Positions 51,495 to 64,000 of a stretch of 64,000 bases of DNA are shown in pieces. Position 1 is the stretch's first letter. Each line of letters starts with the position of its first letter. A program made the position numbers and the translations under genes. This DNA comes from Fimicolochytrium jonesii (lineage: Eukaryota), in NCBI RefSeq assembly GCF_025526975.1, contig NW_026515685.1, forward strand, positions 1 to 64,000. The letters are read 5' to 3'. The notes under the pieces were generated by a model. That model made no database searches and was not told the DNA's origin. It saw only the letters and a program-made list of their open reading frames with translations.

Positions 51495-54400
51495 TTTCCA
51501 GTGGCGTACGGTACATGAAAGAGCCTTTGATCATAGAGCGGTGATGTACGGTGATTTGGATTGTATTAGATGAATAAACTCATTGGCGCGATCGAGATCA
51601 TGCCGTCCTTCTTCGAAAACAACCATGCCTAGTGGGAAACAAACGATCCAGGCGAATTCCATGTCGATCGTTGATCATTGGAACGCGAACCCGAACAACT
51701 GGTACCGCACACTTGACATGTCTTGGGAGAAGATATATAAAAGGATGGCGTTCTCACCACCTGAGGCCCAACCCAGGCTACTCGATCGGCATCCGACACG
51801 GCATTTTCGATTCACACCAGTGTAGTAACGAAACATAGAGGAGCGACGGTCAAAGGCAACCTTCAAATCTAACTTGAGTTCTCGATCGACACTGGCACAT
51901 GCATGAGGCCACTTAGTTTTCTGATGTCTAAGTTCTCATATATTTCCAGCCACAAGCCAAAAAGCAAGAACCGCAACCCTCGGCAATTATTATGATACAG
52001 TGGATGAAGTTGGAGTGGTGCTGGTGGGGCCGGTGGGAGAGGTGGTGGTGGGCAGGGGATCCAAGACGTCCGCCTTGTACGTGGCGATTCGACTTGCTCC
52101 TGGAGCACGTTGATGGCCCACCCCCAGACCCCCCGGCCATCAGCAAGGCCAACAGTTTGCTTCCCTTTCGATGTTTTTGTTTACTCTCGGCGCCGTCCAA
52201 GCGCAAGACTGTCCAGCACCTCCCACGTTGTGCTCGTACTCACACACCTAACAGACTCGGCATGCGCTTTATCCTCCATTTGCGACGAGGCTCGTGACTG
52301 CTTGATATTCTCTAATCGCTTGGTGCATTCGGTTGCAACGTATGGATGTCGTGGAATGAATGGTCCCACCTCCGTGACCGATCCAATGCTGACCCATGTG
52401 GCCTTAGCTCACGTTTGTTTCGGTCGAAGTGCCGAGGATGTTGGGCGGATTGGTCGGTGAGCTAAACTATTTTCTGTTGTAGCGGATTTGTGCGTTCCGT
52501 GGGCCAATTGAGTAACTCTGGTGATGAGCCTCTCGGCAATGAGTGTCGCATGAACCGCTTCAGACTGCTGGTCAGATGCCAAATGGGTTGGTAATTGAAG
52601 TCGCCCGATCTCGTGGTTCATAAATGCCCCTTTGCCCAAGTTCAGGTCGACAAGCCGCAGTGTCCTGGGCAAACCGGCGGGCTGAGGTGCCGCTGGGCTA
52701 CAGCCCAATGGGCGCTTTGACGTCAAAGTGCCTATGTCGGTAGCACCTTGACATCAAAGCGCCTAAGGGCAGCGCCGGCGTGGCGGGACGTTCAGAGGCT
52801 AGCATAGGTTGGGCCACGAGGACACGAGCGGCCAGTGCCACGTAGCTCCGCCGTTTTCCGGTGGCGCGCTTTACCACTTTAGGTTAAGTGAATGTCATCG
52901 ATGACGGGTAAAGGTTGTGATTTAACAGACCGCCTTCTGGTTGTCGTCGAGGATTTCCAACACCTCGACCCGCCGCCTTCTTCCGGATGCTCGGCGTATA
53001 TGTCCTTCAGGTCATCCAGATCCATAGCGAGTAGCTTGAATGTGAGGTGCAAAGCAGGGCGCATTGCCCAGCGACTGCACAATTAGTGGGACTTCCTCGT
53101 CGCTCAAGGTTTGAGAGCGGCGAAGATTGTTCGCGTTCCCTGAACTTATCGTAGCAAGTTCACACAATTCGCCACTCAGATGGAAAGGGCCCAATGATGC
53201 GAGACAATATGGTGTAGTCGCAATCAAACATCGGCTAGTGTTTGACCGTGGAGCGGCGGCCACCAAATGTTTGGTGGAAGAGATGACCAGCGCTGTCGTA
53301 TGAGCCGGCCCCGTCCTTTTGCATTGGGATTCCACGCGGGATTCCAGTGTGATGTTCCTCGTAGATTTGGCAGGTCGCACCAGTCTGCCCCGTCCTGGAT
53401 AGCACGTAAGCTACCATTGATCTGCCTTGATGAATCTGAGCATTGGATTAGCGTTTGCCAAAGAGCGCCTCGCAACCTCCGTCATTGACCACCTGTCGTG
53501 GTCAGGTTTACCGACGTCGATAGAGTTACAGTTTTGTCGGCCGGCGTTCGCCTCGCGTACAAAGGTCTTTCATCACGGTGATCGCCTCTCGGTTCATCCT
53601 TGACTGTCCATCAACGAGCGAGCTCTCTGCTGGGAGTAAGAGGACGAGGCACGTTCAAAAGTGATTGTATACATCGCCAAGTTAAGCACGGTCGGCTTGA
53701 CACTTTTCACAGCAATCTCGACGCATTTCTGAGGCACCCGGTCCACTCGCCTCCTCGAAATCCTCATGCCATTCCGACCTAGTTGTTGGGGCTAATTCAG
53801 GCTCGGCATCAAGTAACGCCTCGGCGAGGGCTTCGGGATCAATGGCTGGCGGTGAAGGTTCGTCAGCGAGTCCGGCGCGGGAGGGAGAGCCTCGGGTCGA
53901 GGCGGTGGAGGCAGGCGATTGTTGCCTCACGTGAAGGTAGCGTCGGTCCCTAGTCCGGCAATCAGATAGACGGCCCTGACGAAGGTCAACGACACCGGTC
54001 TCACCGGCCGTAATGAGGGCCGGTAAATCATGGCATTCAATTTAGGCTTCATGACCGGAGCTTTGATTCGTGATGTTTTGGCCGGGCGCAAGATATTAGG
54101 AAGACTGCGTTAGCGCGGCGCCCCAGCCCTCTACCAAATCCTTATCCGCTTTTCGACAACGCCACCGTCAGGTTCGGGGGACGCTCATGCTCACGGCGAG
54201 AGCGGCGCTCGGAATGCGTTTGCAAGCAGATTAGGGTCTTGAGGTCTCACGTTGCGGCCGTGCCTCTTTGTCGACCCACTGCACCGAACAAGCGCCAGCT
54301 CCTTTCTCCACACAGCCCGTTCGGTACTGGAAATAGCTTCTTCCCACCATCCCGTCCCTTCGCGCAACCATTGGAGTATTCCACCTCGGGCATCATATAC

Positions 54401-54499
54401 GGTGGCGTCGTAAGGTCGGGAAGCTCACAATCCTTAAACGCAGGATGCCAGCGCAGTAACATCTGACCTCGAAAGTGTATCTCGTCCGTATGCGCTTGG

Positions 54500-56270
54500 T
54501 TGGAGACAAGTCTTTGGGAGATAAGCCTGACCGATCACCCCTGGGATCGGATTACGGAACGCCGCCAAAAGCCGCATTCAAGGCCACTTCCTCAGGATAC
54601 ATCACAGGGAACTCAAACACGGCCGCTCCAATATGGGACGCACGGCATGCCATCGTGGAAATGGACTTGAGCGCCTCCCAGACGCCAGAAACCTAGTCCA
54701 GTTCGCCCGCGTGTCGACTAACGGCATAGGCAGGGACGAATCGTACTATTCGGATTCGATTTCAACGAAGACGGTCTCAGAAGGTGCGACCTTGGGTTCT
54801 TCCGCTATCCAGTCAATTACAGATTTGCAGGGAGGCTTCTTCGTTCTCGTCCCTCTCATCGGTTGACGTGCCGGCATTGTCGTCCACCCATTCCTCGACC
54901 TCACTCTCGCCCAGTCTGTCATTTCCACCATTCCCCTCACCATTTCCCCAACTCTCGCCGTGGTTGTTGCTGTCGTCCGTAGACGTGGTAGACGAGGCGC
55001 TCTGTGCTGCATTGAATGATGCCTCAGCACACCTGTCCTGCCCCGCTATTTCCGAGTGTGTATTCGGCAAGACACGTCCTCCTCGTCCCAGCTGTCCTCC
55101 ACCCCAGTTTGGGCATCCGCATCACAGGGTCGTGTTCTGCCCACATCCTAGTAATACTGGCATTGCTCCCGGCGGGGATCTCTCTTGCTCATCCCAACCG
55201 GAAACTTCATCGCGCTCCCGCGTCCCGAGGTATTCGGAGTAGACCGGCTTGCGATGAACCCATTTGTTCAGATGAGCGTCCTTCCAGTCCCTAGCTTATT
55301 TTGGGACGCAACGGTCTTGTGTCTCACCAAGAAGCCACAGAACTCGTAGATCCCCACCCCATATCCTTTCATCCCCTTCTTGAATGCCCTGAACGGGACC
55401 TCGGCAGGGTAAGCAGCATTGGCCACTGCTGTTTCGAGATCAAAAATAACCGTGAGGCCAAAAGTCGGAGCTAATCCTGCTGCTTGTGGCGTCGCAAACT
55501 CTCAACTCGTCGTCATCGTAAGTTGACCGGGAAAATTCCCTCACATTAACGACGCCGTCCGAAATCTTAAGACATATGACTTTTACTTGTCCAAGATCCA
55601 CGGATTGCGCACAGGAAGGCGGCGGGTCCCATTCACCCGAAGCTTATCGGCGGCGGCTTAACCGCGTTTCTTTCCACTTGATTGTGACGTTCTTGAACTC
55701 TCCGGCTCAAACCATCTCCATTTCCGCCGGTGCGCGAAAGAATGGCCACATCCAGCATTGATAGTGGTAAGGAGTATGTCCGCGTACAGTAGTATCCCAC
55801 CTTGAAGAGGAGTGTCTGGATACCGATCCACTCAATATCGCCACTCTTCCTACGCCCCATCGTTAAATGCGTCAGCAACTGTTCTGCGGCCTCTGGGCCT
55901 GTTCCAAACTCATGCACGTTCGTTGATTCTGCGTAGAGAGGGGCAACCTTGTGCTTCAAGAACTTTTTGACGCGGATTCGGTATGCCCTCTGCTCCTTGG
56001 CCGTCATTTCCTTTTCCACTTTCCCACCGGCTTCTGCCACCGCCGCCGTTACCGCTTCCACTGCTTCCATCACAGCATTGGGCATTGCATCTGTTACTGC
56101 ATCCCGCACCGCCACAGTTGCCTCCCTCACACCCTCCCCCACACCCTCCCTCACAGCATTCTTCACACTCTCCATCAGCGCACCCATGACCCGCCTCGGC
56201 CTCCTTCACAGCGTCCTTCACAGCTGCAGATGCTTCTCGTTTAACCAACGACTCGATCTCCCGTTCATGT
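54500..56270 (-). pseudogene. Disrupted hypothetical gene with Ala/Val/Glu-rich helical repeats
   Basis: Two overlapping frames (56248 and 56187) give a continuous AV(K/R)EAV-type repeat joined by a frameshift. No family recognised. Confidence 0.3.
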
Positions 56271-56649
56271 CTCAGTCAGGCCTTCCCCCACTACGGTACC
56301 CTTGGGAACTCCTCGTCCGGCGATTCGATTGACGTAGGGTTTAGCTCGGCCACCCATGACCCAAAGAGCGCTTTTTAGCAGACCGGATATGCCGGGATAT
56401 CTACGGTTTCAACGTAACTCTCGCAGTAACCTCCGCAAATCGCTCTCCGAGTTTCACAATTTCGTGAGAAACCCAGACTTTGCCCATCATACCAGGACCA
56501 TGTTGCCAAATCGGGTTCGTATCCTGGTACCCTCGCTCTGCCTCCAGTCCGGTGAAAGCAGTGTTACGTCTCCTGCCAATGGTAGCTTGGCGAGCCCTCG
56601 GTGTGTAATATTTTGACTTCGTGCGGACTTCGTGAGCGTCAACGGTTCC

Positions 56650-57350
56650 TTGGAAGGCACACGGCGAGGCAGGTTCCGACCGTGGCAATTTTTCCATTCA
56701 CCCTCAAAAGTGACCTCTCGGGATCCGGGATAGCCGCAATCTCGAAGGTTAACTTATCCCCGTCCGGGTCTGCCCCCGCCAGGTTGATGTTGACTTTGGA
56801 TGAGGTACCGTTGAGAACCACAGGAAAGCCGTAGCCCCCCACAGGGGCGCTTGAGGGATACAGAAATGGTTGGGCGCCGGAAAGCTGAGCTGTGCCGTTG
56901 CTGTCCCAGCAGGGATGCTGCGGTGGCTCCAAAGCTTTGCATTTGCCATCGCCAAGTGGACACCACGGCAACACGTTCGGCGTGCGACCACCGGGCATTG
57001 AGCGGCGCATAATCGAAGGCATATGCACATTTTTTGGGAGGAGATGCAGAAGACAGGCCAGCTGCGTTCTCACTGAAACACCAGCGTAAAACGAATCAAA
57101 AACTCACCACGCCTTCGCTGTTCCTCTAGCCTCAAGCTACCACTACCCTTTGAGCTCGGTGCGTCCCAATCCGCCTCCGTGGGAGGAATCGGAGAACCGT
57201 ATTCCGCCCGGTGAAATACTACGACTGTGTAGGCATCTGACAGGTCTTGCTCAACCGGTATGTTCCAAAGACCCGTTGTAACGTTAGTGTGAAGGCTGGC
57301 AACAGAAGTCTTCTCTATTTCAACGTCCGAGGAACCCTCGAGGATTGTTA
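56650..57350 (-). pseudogene. Gene fragment with a cadherin/Ig-like (tandem-95/Big_9-like) motif
   Basis: VNINLAGADPDGDKLTFEI motif, plus an upstream open segment ending at a GTGAG donor near 57108. Confidence 0.35.
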
Positions 57351-58164
57351 AAAATTAGAGCACCCCGCCGCCTGAGCCATGTGCCCGCAGGCGTCTTGCT
57401 CTTCCATCGTGCACTAGCTTCCAGTTGTTCCACCTGGCGGCTCATCAGTTAGGTCTCTTGTTGGGTCACAAGTGGCCTTGGTTGTTGGTCGGCCAGTGTT
57501 TGACGACAAGGCGCTTTGGGGTACTGGTAGCTAGCCAATCCTGTTGTCTGAGACTAGGTATATAGAAGCGGGATCGTTCTCTTTCCTCTGTTGAGTTTGT
57601 TCTGGGTCAAGATTTTGCAAGATCTGGGAGTTTGAAACAGAAACAGCCACGCGTAGACTCCCCTTGCTAACGATCTCCCAGGCGAAGAACATAGAATTGG
57701 CCCAAATGTGCCTCCCTCTCCTTCCGCCACTTCCTAAATTCCGGACTCTACGCATATCCCTAACGTCACAACGTGTGCATATATATTGATGTATGTATAG
57801 TATGTCGAATAATTGATATCAAAAAGTAAACCAGATGCAACACCGCCCACAACATCCTCCAGCCATATCCCCACCCCAGTGTCGTCTCCCTGTGCCATAT
57901 CTACGCGAAACATTCCCCGGATTCTGGCAGCAGCGACCGCGTTGCCGTAGGACGACGGTCATTACTAGTAGCCGCTTTGCGTTCTCACGCATAGTCGGAT
58001 AGTCGCCACCATATCAAGAACGAGCGGGATGTGAGATGGTGTATGGTGTTTTCTGGGAGGTATCAAATGACCGCTGCATGTGCAGCGGTTCAGAGATGAA
58101 AGTGTGTTCGTAGTTGGTTGTGTGTATTTTGCAATGGCGGTAGCGGTATCCATAATGAGGGTGC

Positions 58165-59293
58165 TTAGTGCGCTTCAACGAATTCCTGATTGGGCGAGAT
58201 AGAGTTGGTAAATAAGATTTCCGCGCATGGCCCCCACATTGCAGTTAGGATCGAGGTACATACCCGCTGCGCGAGCCTGGCGGTCGCTTTCATAGTCTCG
58301 ACTTCTCTCCAGTAGTTCAGAGGCGTTTCGGGATTGTTTCTGTGTACACGTAAATGTGTTCATTAGGAAGCGGACGATGGCAGCCGCAACACATTTCATG
58401 AACCTACCGGTAACATGTAACAACCGCATTCTCAGCAGCTACGCAATCTGCTTTAGGGGTGCCTTTTGGCGGTCTAAGAAGGAGGGGGAGGGATCGGAAA
58501 ACAGAGGTGAGCAGGAACATGCAGAATTTCGGCGAAGTCAACAGGGGCGAGGTTGGGCAGTTTATCGAGGATGTATCCACAGACAAGCCCAACTTTCCTG
58601 TCTTCATCGGGTCGGCTCCATTTCGGCCGCACACCCCTCCTTCCTTCCCCACCTTTCCACTTCTTTCCCCGACAAGTCGTTTCTCCCCGAACTTCCTCCT
58701 TCCACCTTCCATGCCCTATCCCATCCTCTCCGCCACATATGCCCCCAATACATACAATCTCTGCCTCCTCAAAACATCCTCAGCCTCTCTCGCGACCGCT
58801 TCTGCGGACCGTTTCTCGTTCACGAGACGTTTCTGCTGGTGGAGATCGACCTGACGTGCTACGCGGGACTGGACAGCAGCCTCGATCGATTCGTCGTCGT
58901 CATGGCGATGCTGTTGGTGTTGGTGTTGTTGGTGTTGGGGGAAGGGAGAGTCGAAGGGTGTTGGTGGAGCGCCGCCGAGGGGGGTCCTGCCTGCGGCTGG
59001 ATGGGGAAGGCGGGTGTAGAGTGGCTGGTGGTTGGTTGTTGGAGTGGTTAAGTCGTTGAATGGGATTTCACAGAACAAAGTGAGGAAAGCCTTACGTCTG
59101 GTGCTTGGCCGTCTAGCTTGCGGAGGAGGTTGGGAGTCAGCTAGTGTCGGTGGGGGTGAGAGGAGGTGAGTACGTCTGTCTGGAGTCGTTGGCTGCCGAC
59201 ATGAGCTAAACGCTCTTGGGCGAGCAATACCTGTATGGGGACCTCAGGCTCGTTGTATATGATGATAGGCTCCTTTGAGTTCCTTGCGCCCAT
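58165..59293 (-). CDS. MIC19: MICOS subunit Mic19-like (CHCHD3/DUF1690) protein; multi-exon
   Basis: MGARNSK myristoylation-type start, P.Q|LTPNLLRKL, coiled coil, C-terminal CVAAENAVVTCYR|NNPETPLNYWREV..MK...|EFVEAH*. Confidence 0.7.
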
Positions 59294-59665
59294 GGTTGCT
59301 ACTGTGTGGGTATGTGGACGGTTGACGGTGGACGGTGGAGGGTTGGTTGCTGTTGCTGTTGTTGTTGTTGGTTGCTGAGAAAGCCGCCTCAACGTCGCCA
59401 GCCGTCGCCTGTTTGATCTCTCGCTGAGGGGCATTTCTCGCTCTCGGACGGACGCGTTTTCCCACGAAAACACCGACTGGGGATTGGGGACGACCCGACA
59501 GGAACAACGACGGAAACGGGAGAGCCAAGCCTCGCATATCGTTGACGGCGCTGAGGGAGGCGAGCATTCGAGGGAAGGGAACCAAGTCAGGAAAGGTGCT
59601 CCCCGCCTCCTAGCTCGAAAAAAGCAGGTCATCCTCCCAGATCGCCTTCGGACTTGTAAAACGAT

Positions 59666-62440
59666 ATGATGTCCTCCTCAACAGCACCACCAGCGCCGCA
59701 GCGAACACCGTCTCCATGCAATGGACCTGCCAACACGCGGCCGCCACCTACCTCGGCGCGACCCCGGCCATGGACCATGCCTCGCGGTCCGGCCGTTGAG
59801 CAGCCGAAGGAGACATTCGGAGAGTGGATAGCTGCGAGACACGCCAAGGCGAGAAGACCAAAGAGCCCACCGCCAACGGCACATGAGATAACACGGGGAT
59901 TCCAGATGAATACGGAGGCCGACTTAGAGGATCGCAGTGACGCATCGCCGCCGCGCCAACAGTATCGGAGAAGCACTATTGCCGCGCTGATGCCAAATAC
60001 ACAACCACCCAAAATAGAAGCGCAGGCGAGCCCACCGCTGAGATCCCAGACCGACGTAGGTCGGCCAACACCCTCGCGACCCGATGAAGCCGCCGCCGTT
60101 ACAAATCCGTCAACGCCGTTCGTGCTCGCGCCAGAATCCCCGCTTATCCAGCTCTCCACGTCCCGCTCCAATGTAAATGCAGCGAATGAACAAGTGTCGT
60201 CCAATGCCCCTCGATCCGGACCGAGATTTGCACAGAGGGTCGGCAACGAAGTGTCGTCTCCGTTCTTGGATGCCCCTCGATCGGGATCGAGGTTTGCACA
60301 GAGGGTCGCCAATGAAGTCGCGTCTCCTTTCGTGGACGCCCTCCGGTCGGGATCGAGGTTTGCACCGAGGGTCGACCAGATGATCGCGCCTTCAGCTGAA
60401 ATATTGGCATCCGTTAATGCCCTCGACGTCGATGATGGCGGAAACAGTGGAAGGCCAGAGACGCCGCCCTCTCCAACGCCATTGCGGCAACATGCTTCCC
60501 CAGCGCAACCTCATTCACTAAATCCGGAGACGAACAAATCGGAGACAACAAACTCGAACACTGCAAACGTGGAGCCGGTCCCCGCTACCTATGAGGAGGT
60601 ATGCACACAGCGTGCATCAGACCATATCTCGATCAGACGGTATATCAATGCGTTTCTTTCCCTTCTCATAGGCATTACAAAAGATTCGGAAGCAACAACG
60701 AAAGATACTGAACTTAGAGGCTAGTCGGTCAAGGGTGGCTAGATACGTGAAGGCAAAGGAAGAGGAAGCGGTACGCTTCCATATGTCCCAGGTTGTTTCG
60801 CAAGTCAGAACCGACCGCTCAGCCACATATCCCCTTCCCTCTCTATAGGAGAAAATCGAACACTTTGCCAACTTGGAACGTTCATGGGCAGCGCAGGATG
60901 CTGACGAAGACTGGGTATGTGTATCAAATTGCCCCAATGATGTTTGGATTGCCGCATCCTGTGGACCTCATTGACCACGACATTTGCAATTCGCTAGCGG
61001 ATGATCGAGGAACTGAAGGCGGAGAAGAGCGCTATGCAGCAGGAGCTGGATGCATTGAAAGAGGCGCACAAGAGTCTGGAGGAGATGTACCTCGCCAAGT
61101 CTAGTCATGAGGAAAACGGGCCCGTTGTTGGGACGGGGGTTACGGTCGCCTCGCAGACCATGTACGAAGGCCACCAGGAAACTGAATTGAAACAACACGG
61201 CGAAAAAGACATTGTTGCGGAAAACATTCATCTGAAGAACGAGCTGGCCTCTCTCGAAGACAAATACCAAACGGTCCTCCAATCCGAACGCGAAAGCCTA
61301 GCCCGCATCCTATCCCTAACCGAAGAACGAGCCCAATCCGACCAAACCCTCTCCGCAGTCCAACATTCCCTCACCGCCCTCCAACAATTACACACCGATC
61401 TCCAACATCAACACAGCACCCTTCTCCAATCCCACACCACCCTCCAAGACCACCACACCGCCCTCCTCCAAACTCACGCCGACCTCATCCTCATCAAAGA
61501 CGCGCTCCTCCTCGACCGCGACACCCTGCGCGCGCAGCAGGACCGCGAACTGGAAGGCTGGCGGTCGAGTCTGGGCGGATTGCAGAAACGGATTATGGGA
61601 CAGCAGGAGGAGATTGAGGAGCTGAGGAAGGGGTATGATGAGAGTATTGAGATGTCGATGAGGGAGTTGATGGGTGTGGAAGATGAGAAGGAGAGCGCGA
61701 TGGTGGGAGGGGATGTGTTGGGTCACTTGCAGGATGAGGGTGAACCCAAGAGTATCTCCAAAGAGGCCTCCCCACCCCACGAGCCAACCGACCTCACCCA
61801 CCCACTCCGCAGCGAACTGACAACCCTCCGCCAACACCTAACAACAACCACTGAACAACTCACCCACCTCCAAACCGAAAACGCCGACCTACACTTCGTC
61901 CAAGCCACCCAACGCGACAGCATCGACTCCCTCACCGAAAAACTCGCCCACGCGTCCAGCGAACAGACCCGACTCCGTGCCCAACGCGATCATTTCCGTG
62001 AAGAGGTCAGCTGTTACAAGACCCATCTGGTGGAAGCTGTCAAGAGGGTCGATAGATTGGCTGCGGAGATTGACGAGTTGCGCGGTGGGGGGAACAAAAG
62101 CGCGGTGGATGAGGAGGACCTGAGACGCCGTGAAGCCATGTGGACGCGTGAACGATCGGTGCTCGCGGACGAGAACAAAGGGTTAAGGACGCAGGTGGAC
62201 ACGCTCAGATCACAAGTGGAGAGATGCGAGGGCGAGCTACGGGGGTTCAGGGCCAGGGTGAGGAATGGAGGTGGGCGGGGGACGGGGAGAGGGAATAGTG
62301 GTGCTGCAGTTGTCGGTGAGCAGGATCGGAGGATGCGGATGAGTTTGCCTCTGGGGGTTTTGCAGGGCCGGGGAGGGGATCTGGGTGGGATGCGTGGTGG
62401 GGATGAGAGAGGTGCTGCTGGACATATTGGAGATGTGTGA
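59666..62440 (+). CDS. Hypothetical protein: Pro/Ser-rich N-terminus and long coiled coil; multi-exon
   Basis: Long ORFs 59666-60724 and 61001-62440 linked by GT-AG introns. Heptad-rich second half. Confidence 0.7.
60191..60373 (+). repeat. In-frame 66-bp minisatellite (about 2.7 units) encoding APRSGxRFAQRVxNEVxSPFxD
   Basis: Direct visual repeat in both DNA and translation. Confidence 0.9.
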
Positions 62441-63117
62441 GGGATTTGGGGCGTGCGTTCCACACATATACATGGCACGACCACCTTATCAGGTATCGTC
62501 ATCCGTCCCCCACCCCAAACGAAGTGGGGCTAGAGTACAACATAATGTAAAGCGTATACGTACAATACATACAATATATCGAAAGACTCTGCGCGAAAAT
62601 CCGACGTGCCTGAGATAATACACTCTCAACCTGTATCTAAATCCTCGCAAATCGGTATCCACATTCACAATGTAATATACAGGACAAAAACCGCAATCAC
62701 AAACGGTGCTAGATGAAACTATGCCGTCCGTGTCCGAATCAGAAAAGTCTGTGCGTTCGGACCAAGCGCCTTTCCCCTTTCAAAAGACCAAAGGAAGGAG
62801 GGACCACATCCACCGTATTCCCCAATCTCATTACCGCAACCCCACTATGCAAATAACCTGTACAGAAAGAGAGCGACTAGCATATACAAGAGGCGACAAA
62901 AAACCTACATACGTATGATACAGATGAAACCACCCACCCCCGCACAAGAGGGGGAAACAGACGATATCGCGGATATCCCGCACATGCCGTCCCGAACTCG
63001 CCAGCCAGAGCACGGTGCAGCTATTCGCACAAAGGAAAAAAGAGGGTGGGGGGGGGGGGGGGGTTCGGACCAGCCGCACCGACACCATCAAGTGCCACAC
63101 ACCAGCGCTCGCTCGTT

Positions 63118-64000
63118 TCACCGCCCCGGGGGCATCGTCCCGGGTGGCGGCACCTGATAAAAGCTGCCTGCATACGCCGAGACGGCCGAGTTCTCGGTCT
63201 CGGTGCCGACCGCGGACGCCTTCGCCATCGCTCTCGCCTCGAACCCCAACGTGTCCCGCCGGTTCCCGTACCCGTACGACACGCTCTCGTCGTCGTAGTA
63301 CCCGCCGACATGCTGCTGGGCCGATGACGAGGGCGGGAGGGGGGGTGATGCGCCGCAGGGGTATTCGCCGGATGGATCGGCGCGGTAGTACGTGTTGTCG
63401 GCGTAGGCTGAATGGTGGTCTGCCGCGGGGGTGGTGTTGTCGTAGGCCTGTTTCGTTCGGGACGCTTCGTGGTTGTTGTTGTTGTCGGCGGTGTAGGAGC
63501 CGTCCAATGCGGTGGGGGCGTCCTGCGATCGGGGCGGGGAGGCAGCCTGCGGCTGGGAGAGGAGGTGGGGGTAGGGGTGGTCGTAGCGTTCCGAGCCGGA
63601 GTTGTAGTCGTAGTCTGGGTAGGCTGTTGTTTGGTGGTTGTAGGTTTGTTGTTGTTGCTGGTGGTATGGTGTGTCGTAGGGCTGTTGGTGCTGATGGGCG
63701 GCGTATGAGGCGTAGGCGGCCCCACCTGCGAGCGGGACTGCGGCGGCGGCCGGGGCCGAGTAGCCCATTGCGGTGGAGGGGGCGTAGTAGGCCGTGTCGT
63801 GGTGGGCGGGGGCGTAGCCGGCCATGTGGTCGTGGGGTGAGACGTAGGCGTAGTCGGGGCGTTCGGCTACGGCGGGGACGGGCGGGTAATAGGGTTTGCT
63901 GTAGTTCTGTCGCTGTTGCCGATATACCCCCTGCGTCACAGTGTCGAGGTCGTCGTCGGTTTTTTTGGACATTTTGGGAACGCCGTTGGCGCCGATGCTG
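63118..64000 (-). CDS. 3' part of a Tyr/Pro/Ala-rich hypothetical protein that begins beyond the window
   Basis: Open frame to the window edge, low-complexity tail, stop at 63118. Confidence 0.55.
   Translation of the reverse strand, partial: SIGANGVPKMSKKTDDDLDTVTQGVYRQQRQNYSKPYYPPVPAVAERPDYAYVSPHDHMAGYAPAHHDTAYYAPSTAMGYSAPAAAAVPLAGGAAYASYAAHQHQQPYDTPYHQQQQQTYNHQTTAYPDYDYNSGSERYDHPYPHLLSQPQAASPPRSQDAPTALDGSYTADNNNNHEASRTKQAYDNTTPAADHHSAYADNTYYRADPSGEYPCGASPPLPPSSSAQQHVGGYYDDESVSYGYGNRRDTLGFEARAMAKASAVGTETENSAVSAYAGSFYQVPPPGTMPPGR

Overview
This window is the left end of a eukaryotic chromosome, with (CCCTAA)n on the + strand. The organism is most likely an early-diverging fungus (chytrid-like), inferred from short spliceosomal introns, a TmcB-like gene and fungal-type housekeeping genes. 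Bases 1-3.3 kb are a telomere array interrupted by two non-coding modules (called B and C here) that have fixed centromere-proximal ends and variably truncated, telomere-capped distal ends, the pattern expected of telomere-primed retrotransposition. The array is fused to a broken Ty3/gypsy chromovirus integrase. Bases 3.3-20 kb are a subtelomeric TE and pseudogene zone. It holds nested LTR elements (one with an antisense ORF carrying the histone H3 tail motif KQTARK), a solo LTR with non-canonical ends inside a DIRS/Ngaro gag relic, a Tc1 transposon and Tc1 MITE, a 44-bp perfect palindromic insertion, a tandem 2-LTR insertion, and decayed REase-like and TmcB-like genes. Bases 21-30 kb are accessory genes: a Kv-beta-type aldo-keto reductase, a hybrid histidine kinase with a degenerate ATP-binding domain, an ankyrin pseudogene, and an intronless nucleotide-sugar transporter/glycosyltransferase-like fusion. 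Bases 30-64 kb are mostly housekeeping genes (ACBP/ACBD5-like, DPP3, DBP4, MAP4K-CNH kinase, LPD1, OPT transporter, MIC19, a coiled-coil protein) plus a hAT MITE. All calls come from reading the sequence with no database search. Gene spans include introns and some boundaries are approximate.
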